Below are positions 55,561-64,000 of a stretch of 64,000 nucleotides of DNA, piece by piece. A program made the translations under genes and the position numbers. Below the pieces are notes generated by a model. It was not told the DNA's origin, did not search any database, and worked only from the letters and a program-made list of their open reading frames with translations. Each line of letters begins with the position of its first letter. Position 1 is the first letter of the stretch. Source of the DNA: the human T2T-CHM13v2.0 reference genome, Homo sapiens; the NCBI RefSeq assembly GCF_009914755.1, contig NC_060926.1; one strand, written 5' to 3'.

Positions 55561-57818
55561 AACACAAAAATGATAATACTCTGGCTCCTGCTATTGCTTT
55601 AAGTAATAAGCTATTATTATCTCTGACTCCTGAGTCTCATGTCTTCTGCAAGCATGTAACATGCTAAAGTGAATTATGTTACTCTAAGAGTGAAATATAT
55701 AATGCACCCTTCCTTAAATGTATTGACATAGAAACTTTTTATGTTCCAAATGAAACGTTTTAGAAGACATTTGCTGTAGATTCTCTTGGCCTACATTTTA
55801 AAGGCATGAGTGGGACAAGTATACTTCAGATTCTCTTTGACTTTGAGAAAATTACTTAAGATTGCCCATTTTCTTTGGCTTCTGGGTAAAAATTTGTAAG
55901 GTGCTTTGCCAAGAATAAGGTGCACTGAATGGTAAACACGATTAGGATAGTCAACAGGGAGGAAAATCTCCTCCTTTAAATTTTTGATAAGATAACAATT
56001 AACATTTGCTTTCTACATCAGTCTTTTGCGGGCGAGATCAGTGTGCCAAACTGTCTCACCAGTGTCCCTCTCTTTTTACCTCCACAGTCTGTATGAGCCA
56101 TTGTGGTTTGATAAAATAACCTTTCTAGTAGCGTTGCTCATCTGTATTTCTACCTTAACATGGTACATTGGAAAACAGGAGCATGCATTTGTGTTTGATC
56201 CTTTGTAACAAATGATCACAAATTTAGCAGCTTAAAATAATACAAATGTATTATCTCACAATTTTTGTGAGGCAGGAGCCTGGGTATAGTTATCTGTGTT
56301 TTGTATAAAGACACATGTAACCCCATCCACTTATTTTTTCTGTTCTGTTAGAAGGAATTAGTGTATCACAGTTGGTTTATATCCTTTTCTTATATGAGCA
56401 AGATATCATTCTTTCTCATATAAAAATGAGCAGTTCTCAAGAGTAGCCTAAGAACAGGAGAAAGCACATTTTAACATATTGTCAATGTACAGAGTAGAAG
56501 ACACAAGATATTTAAAGAGAGTAAATCTGGAGGCTCCTCAGATGAAGGGCCAGCCATAAGTAAAAGAATGTATTTGTTTAAAGCAGCACATGCAAATCCA
56601 GATTATGTTCTCACATATTTAGAAATAGTAATTTAATGGGAGTGTATTCTTAATATTCACTGGATATAATTTTCCCATAAATTCTAAATTTTACACATCA
56701 CTAAAAATAAAAATGAATTATGATGGTATATTAGAGAAGAATTATATTTTTATAGAAAGAATATGACTGAACTAACTTGAAGACATATTGTTTTGTAGGA
56801 AATAAAATAAAAACTAGGTCATGCCAGCAAATATTACAACTTACGAATAACTTTTGCTCAGTTCTACTAGATTTGCAAAATTTTTAACAAGCTCTGAACA
56901 TTTTCTGTATACTTATTGTGCATTGCTTTTATCTTTTGTTTCTAAAGATATATTTAAAAAGATTCAAGCTAAAGTGCAATGATGCAGTTATTACCAATGT
57001 CTCATAAATCTCTTCAAATTACCTTTTCGCAGACAGATCAATTATTAATGTAGGTATGGCTCGCAGAGTAATAGGGAGTCAAGCTAAGTGTAGCATGTGA
57101 GCTCTATTGCTTGTTTATAACTATCAATTATTCATGTTTCATTTCCTGTGTGCATCAAATACTATTGCAGCAAAATCCCCTCTGCTCTAGCTAGTATGTA
57201 ATTTCTCCCTCCCTTGAGAGAGATTACCATGTATCCTGCAGCTCATTTTGCTTGGGTTATGGCATAGCATTATCTACAATGTGAAAGAATTTAGCTTTGT
57301 TGTTGTAAAAAATTTGCATGTATCACAATCACTTATGTTGAAATGGATTACAGTATTATTCAGTGATTATAATTCTATTTTGCAGAGTGGCTATTGCAAC
57401 TATCAGTACAAAAGTCCCAAGGACTATTTTACACCTTTTACATGCTATTAAGATAACATAAAAGTTGAAATAATGGCCTAGTATGGCAATTATTTTTAGA
57501 ATATCTTACCTAATGACCATCAACAGGACTTGATGCTTATAGCTAAAGTAGAGGGTTGTATTAATTACTCAGCTAAAAATGGTAAGAACCACCTCCACTT
57601 TTTGGAAATAAGCTAGACCTTTATAAATGTGCATATTTCCTGATTTTAATATGTTGTTTGAATTCATAAATCTCAAAAGTAGCTAAATTTTGAAATATTT
57701 GGTGTATATGCCACATCACTAAATATTTACTACCTACCAATGGGTGCATAAAACTCTTTTGGGCACTATAGTTATACTTACCCATATAAAATAGAGAAAA
57801 TATTGTCATTATTTAACA

Positions 57819-58434
57819 TTCATGGAGAGTGCATTGTTCCTGTATGATACAGAGGTAGCCTGGGTTCTTACATTTTTAGTAGCAAATTAATTGCCATACT
57901 AACTACTCTTACTACTAATATAAATTTTCAATGTGTTTTCAGTCATTGTTTTAATTTCTTCATGAAGCTTGTCTCATTCTATCATTACAACCACATAATG
58001 AAGTAGTACTCTTCTCCTCATTTTATAGATAAGAAAGTTGAGGCCCATATAGGTTAAAGAATGTATTCAGCAAACTCATAGGGTCATGGCTTAACTGGGA
58101 TACAAATATAGTTCTAGTCTTAGAACCCATGCTCTTAGCCATTATGTATGCTATATCACCTCTTAAGAGCTGGTACAGCTTTCCCATCTGTAAAATGAGA
58201 AAAAGAGTAATACTCCATGTGGTTGTAAGGGTAGAATGAGACAAGCTACACAAAGAAATTAGAACAATGACAATACAGAATCAAGAATTTATATTAGTAG
58301 TAATAGTAGTTAGTATGACAACCAATTTGCTACTAAAAATGTAAGAATCCAGGCTACTTCTGTGTCATACAGGAACAATGCAGTCTCCATGAACCAAAGC
58401 TCTTAGCCATTATGTATGCTACACCACCTCTTAA
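57819..58434. repeat. Inverted repeat (~57819-58040 vs ~58176-58393) plus a 36-bp direct duplication (58131-58166 and 58399-58434)
   Basis: TTCATGGAGAGTGCATTGTTCCTGTATGA... is the reverse complement of ...TCATACAGGAACAATGCAGTCTCCATGAA. GCTCTTAGCCATTATGTATGCTA-(TAT/CAC)-CACCTCTTAA occurs twice. The inner arms are MIR-derived. Confidence 0.92.
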
Positions 58435-58733
58435 TGCTATTACACAAAAATGTAGACATCGCTGTGTGGCTAGATGTTTGCATATTTTTGCTTCCTGTCT
58501 CAATTTTCTCCCTTTGCACAAACCTTGATGTGGATTTCAAGAAATTACTTTGGAACTCTAGATTCTTTGTCCTTGTCTTTGTTTCCCGGGAACACTTCTT
58601 ATGGAGGACATTTGAAGCTGTCCTTTCAATGAAAAGGAAAAAGCTATCAGTTGTTGCAACTTATTTAGATATCCACTGACTTTACCCACCTATGGTTATT
58701 CTAACTGAAACAGAAAATACGTGTAAACATAAT

Positions 58734-58755
58734 TTTATTTTGTATAACTTTTATT
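58734..58755 (-). terminator. SCN9A: Probable distal SCN9A polyadenylation signals (two AATAAA)
   Basis: TTTATT on + at 58734-58739 and 58750-58755, ~3.5 kb after the stop codon, consistent with the known long SCN9A 3'UTR. Confidence 0.6.
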
Positions 58756-59318
58756 CTTAGATTATATTACAATGTGTCAGTCTCAAGTATAACTACAATA
58801 TAACTACAATATAATTTATGGCAAACTCAAACATTTTGAGCATTCATAGATCTATGAAATTTGTAAAGAATCCTATGTAAACAGCTTTATGATATTCATG
58901 GCTATTTATTTATTTTCATGAAGCAATTCTTGATTGTTTTCCTCAAGAAGATAATAACATAATAAACCACAGATATTTTTAAAAAATTGGTGGCCTTCAT
59001 ACATAGGTCCTAAACCCAGGCCAATTCCCTGGCCATCCTAATTTAGTTGGCCCTTCTTTCAGCACTTCTATTAACATTTCTCTGAAATAGCTATTTAGAA
59101 CTGCTTTATTTACATATGCATTTTATTTTCACTCTTTTTAATAAAGCTATCAAAACTCTATAAAATCATGCTAAGTATTTTGGGTTGTGATGTTCAACAA
59201 TCAGCATTTAAAAACAGCTCACAAGTCACCCAAATCTTTTGCAAACTAGGTAACTATCAAAAAGCTAAAATTAGGTTCTCTAATTTTCATCCGAAAGATT
59301 TGTGTTCAAACCTGTTTG

Positions 59319-59599
59319 GGGCATGGTGGCTCATGCCTGTAACCCCAGCATGTTGGCAGGTCATGACAGTAGGAACACTTGAAGCCAGGAGTTTGAGACT
59401 AGCCTGGGCAACATAGCAAGACCCCTTATCTACAAAAATTTAAATATTAGCCAGGCATGGTGGCATGTACCTGTAGTCTTAGCTACTTGGGAGGCTGAGG
59501 CAGGAGGGTTGCTTGAGCCCAGAGTTGAGGCTGCAGAGAGCTATGATCATGCCATTGCACTCTAGCCTGGGTGACAGAGTGAGACCTGGTCACTTTAGA
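59319..59599 (+). mobile_element. AluJ inside the SCN9A 3'UTR (antisense to the mRNA), almost no A tail
   Basis: Diverged dimer; TSD AAACCTGTTTG at 59308-59318 and 59600-59610. Confidence 0.9.
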
Positions 59600-62212
59600 A
59601 AACCTGTTTGCTTCCATTTTATTCTAAGTTAAGTTCTTCAGTGTAACTGCCTTTCTGTATTGTTGGGTGTAATAAGTTCAGCGATTATAAAATTTAAATA
59701 TTAATATGACAGTGCCTTCTGAAGGGTGAAACCATCAGTACAAACAGTAATCTACATGGAAAGAGAGGTCTAATTTTACTTCAAGCTTATACTTAATAAG
59801 CTCTTTCTTCCAAATATTATTTTTAATTGATAAAAAGTCACAAGTAGACATTCCTGAAACAAACGTAAATATATATAAAACTTAACCATGTTATTTTAAA
59901 AAAAAACATAGTTCATGAAATAGGAAAAAGAACAACTTTATATATATTTTTGAAATGCTAAGAAGAAATTGTGTTGTTAACAAACCAGTTGCCCATATTT
60001 TTTATTTTACATAAAAACAAGGCAATGTAAAAACATTAATAGAAAATTACACACGAACCTGTCAAACATCTTGTCTTACTACATTATGTAAGTATTCATA
60101 ATGCAGTTATATTTGTGAGTTTGAAATAACGGTAGATTGAATTCAAATTTAAGGTGATGTTAAATTCTTAATTGAATGTATTTAAAAATCTGATAAATGT
60201 AATATATTTTGTATAGGTCCCTACTTAAATTATCAAAACCTATTTCCAACAGGCTTGGTAGGTATGTGATAAAATGATCTATGTAGTCTCGGAAAACACT
60301 GCATGGTGTCTTTCATATTAAATTAAAAAGTGGTTCAAATAGCCTAAGATGAATGAACCTAAGATGGTATAAAGAATCTTTAGCCCTAGATTGAGTTTTA
60401 TACGTAGATTAGGACAAATGTCTCAAAGTAATAACGGATGTTGTAAAATATATCACAATTTAAAAACATTCTAGACTTCTGATCTCATTCTTTAACCATA
60501 AATCTTTGTTTCTATAGGTACGTTTAAATCCTCTTTCTTTTTAAATTGCCAGAACAACAAAAAATATGTGCTTTAAACATTTATTATATAAATGTAATTT
60601 ATTATTTTTTAAATATGGAAAGCAAATTAGTGAAAGTTGTTTTATATATTTGCTTCAAAACCTCCCACAAAAATCTTCTAAGTAAAACTACATTCTACCT
60701 GTGTAGCTCAATTTTTGCCTGTGCATGAATAACTTTATAGAAGAAAGATCTCATATTCCTGAAATAAACTCACGAAAAAAAGCATTATGGTTATTTCTTT
60801 TCAAATTACTATTAATAGGTGTTTTCAAAAAACTAGATGTCTACAGCTAATGCAAAATGAATATGTGCTTGATAAATTAGAAGCCCATGGTACTGTGTTG
60901 ATTGAGGCAAAATATATTTCACATCATAGAATTTTAAGGAGAAGGTGACATCTTCCTCATTGTATACATTGAAGTATATCCAAAAAAGATTACTTCCATA
61001 ATTTAGGAAAGTAAGTTGGTGGCAAGAGAGCAAGTTGGCAAGAATCCCTATTTCAATGCTTTTTTATTCATACTAAACACATATCTGTGTAAAGTCTGTC
61101 ATATTACATGATTTGAAAGCTTGCCAAACACGGGATTGTATACAAGTGATGCAATAAATACTGTGCCCAAGTTATTATCTGCTCAAGTATGTACCGTGGT
61201 CAAACAACTAACTGCATATCAGGAAGGATTTCATCAACTTTGCTTACAGCGAAAGGATGACTAAACAATACTGCATAAGAAAGCAGGAAAATTTGACAAA
61301 AGAGTTTAAGAGACTATTATCAGTATTTTGGGCAGCACAGTCAAATGTTAGGCTATGTAAATAATAGCAAATAGAACTTCTGTCAATAACTTTTTTCTCA
61401 GTTATCTTTGTTTTTTTTGAGGAGTGTAATATGTACTTAGAATAATTTTTCAAGTTCTGTGGTTATTCTATGAACAAAAAGGGATATGAAAGAAGAAAGG
61501 CTATGAAACACAATACTCTAAAGGTAAGTCTTATCCTTGTTGGCATGTGAGTCAAGATGAATGAAAAACATTTGTAGAAATGAATAGCCTACATATATTT
61601 TTAATCCCATGGCATTTTATAGGCACATATAAATTGGTTCTGATGCAATGTAGAATAAATTTAAGCACCTCAAAATATAGAATAACCTCTGTACATTGAT
61701 AAAAAGTCAAGCTCCCTAATAATGCATTTTAACTAAACATTCATAACTAATGTCCATTACTTCTATCAAGCATTTCATTGCAAAGCCAAGGCAAATACTT
61801 TTGTTGATTTCCAAATAATAGATAAATAATAGATTTTTCTGTATGCGTGTGTTGTTTATTTACATGGGAAACAAGACTAATTACAATCCTGTGAAAAGAT
61901 GACAAGGCAGATGTAAAAGTTTTCTACATGGTCTTCTGATTTATTAAAAACCAAAAAACTGAATCAATCACTTTTGTATGCTATAATCAATAATTCCTAC
62001 AGAGTTCTCTTACGATTCTTAAAGAATCATCAGTGCAAAAATAACCATCTGCTAATGCTGCCCACCTTTCTTAGGAAATCAGAGTTAGTGACTGCACTGC
62101 CTTCGAGAATATTTTGATAAAAAGGATTTTGGCATAGACTTCCTCAAAAGAGTTTTATTAACACAAATAAATCACTTTCACAGGCTGTAAACAATATATC
62201 AAAAATGAAGCT

Positions 62213-63439
<1,227 letters not shown>

Positions 63440-63474
63440 TTAAAGATGTATGCTACCTGAAATGATGACTCTAA

Positions 63475-63852
<378 letters not shown>

Positions 63853-64000
63853 TTATTTTATACTGAATGCAATTACTTAAAAAAGGATTAAGAAATTCCA
63901 AAGAGAAATGACTAACATTACCATTGTGACATTTTCTCCTTTTTACTAAGTTCATGGGCCATTTTTTCCCTCCATAATAGTGTTTTACATTTTAAGAATG

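Larger units (their letters stand above)
58720..62212 (-). other. SCN9A: SCN9A 3'UTR (distal end approximate)
   Basis: AT-rich, nearly repeat-free sequence contiguous with the stop codon; ends at tandem AATAAA signals. Confidence 0.7.

Overview
This is primate, almost certainly human, genomic DNA from the voltage-gated sodium channel cluster at 2q24.3. The only convincing protein-coding sequence is the terminal coding exon of SCN9A (Nav1.7) on the minus strand (63405->62213). It encodes domain IV S3-S6 and the C-terminus, and is followed by a ~3.5 kb 3'UTR ending near AATAAA signals at ~58734-58755. About 46 kb further along the minus strand, a repeat-poor island at ~11500-13400 very likely holds the distal SCN1A promoter and non-coding exon 1a; this rests on locus knowledge plus a splice donor. 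The rest is non-coding DNA dense in Alu, L1, L2, MIR, MaLR/ERVL LTRs and MER DNA transposons, plus a doubly truncated 7SK pseudogene. I see no evidence of a new protein-coding or prokaryote-style system. The most unusual signals are structural: (i) a nested THE1 insertion whose near-perfect palindrome appears to have been removed by a microhomology deletion; (ii) a 58-bp non-repeat inverted duplication with copies 1.8 kb apart; (iii) a ~220-bp-arm inverted repeat plus direct duplication just past the SCN9A poly(A) site; (iv) an old L1 5'UTR that kept many CpGs and carries a 7SK fragment and a pre-miRNA-sized hairpin; (v) a very young AluY ~110 nt from the last SCN9A splice acceptor. Repeat subfamily calls were made by eye, and boundaries of old repeats are approximate.
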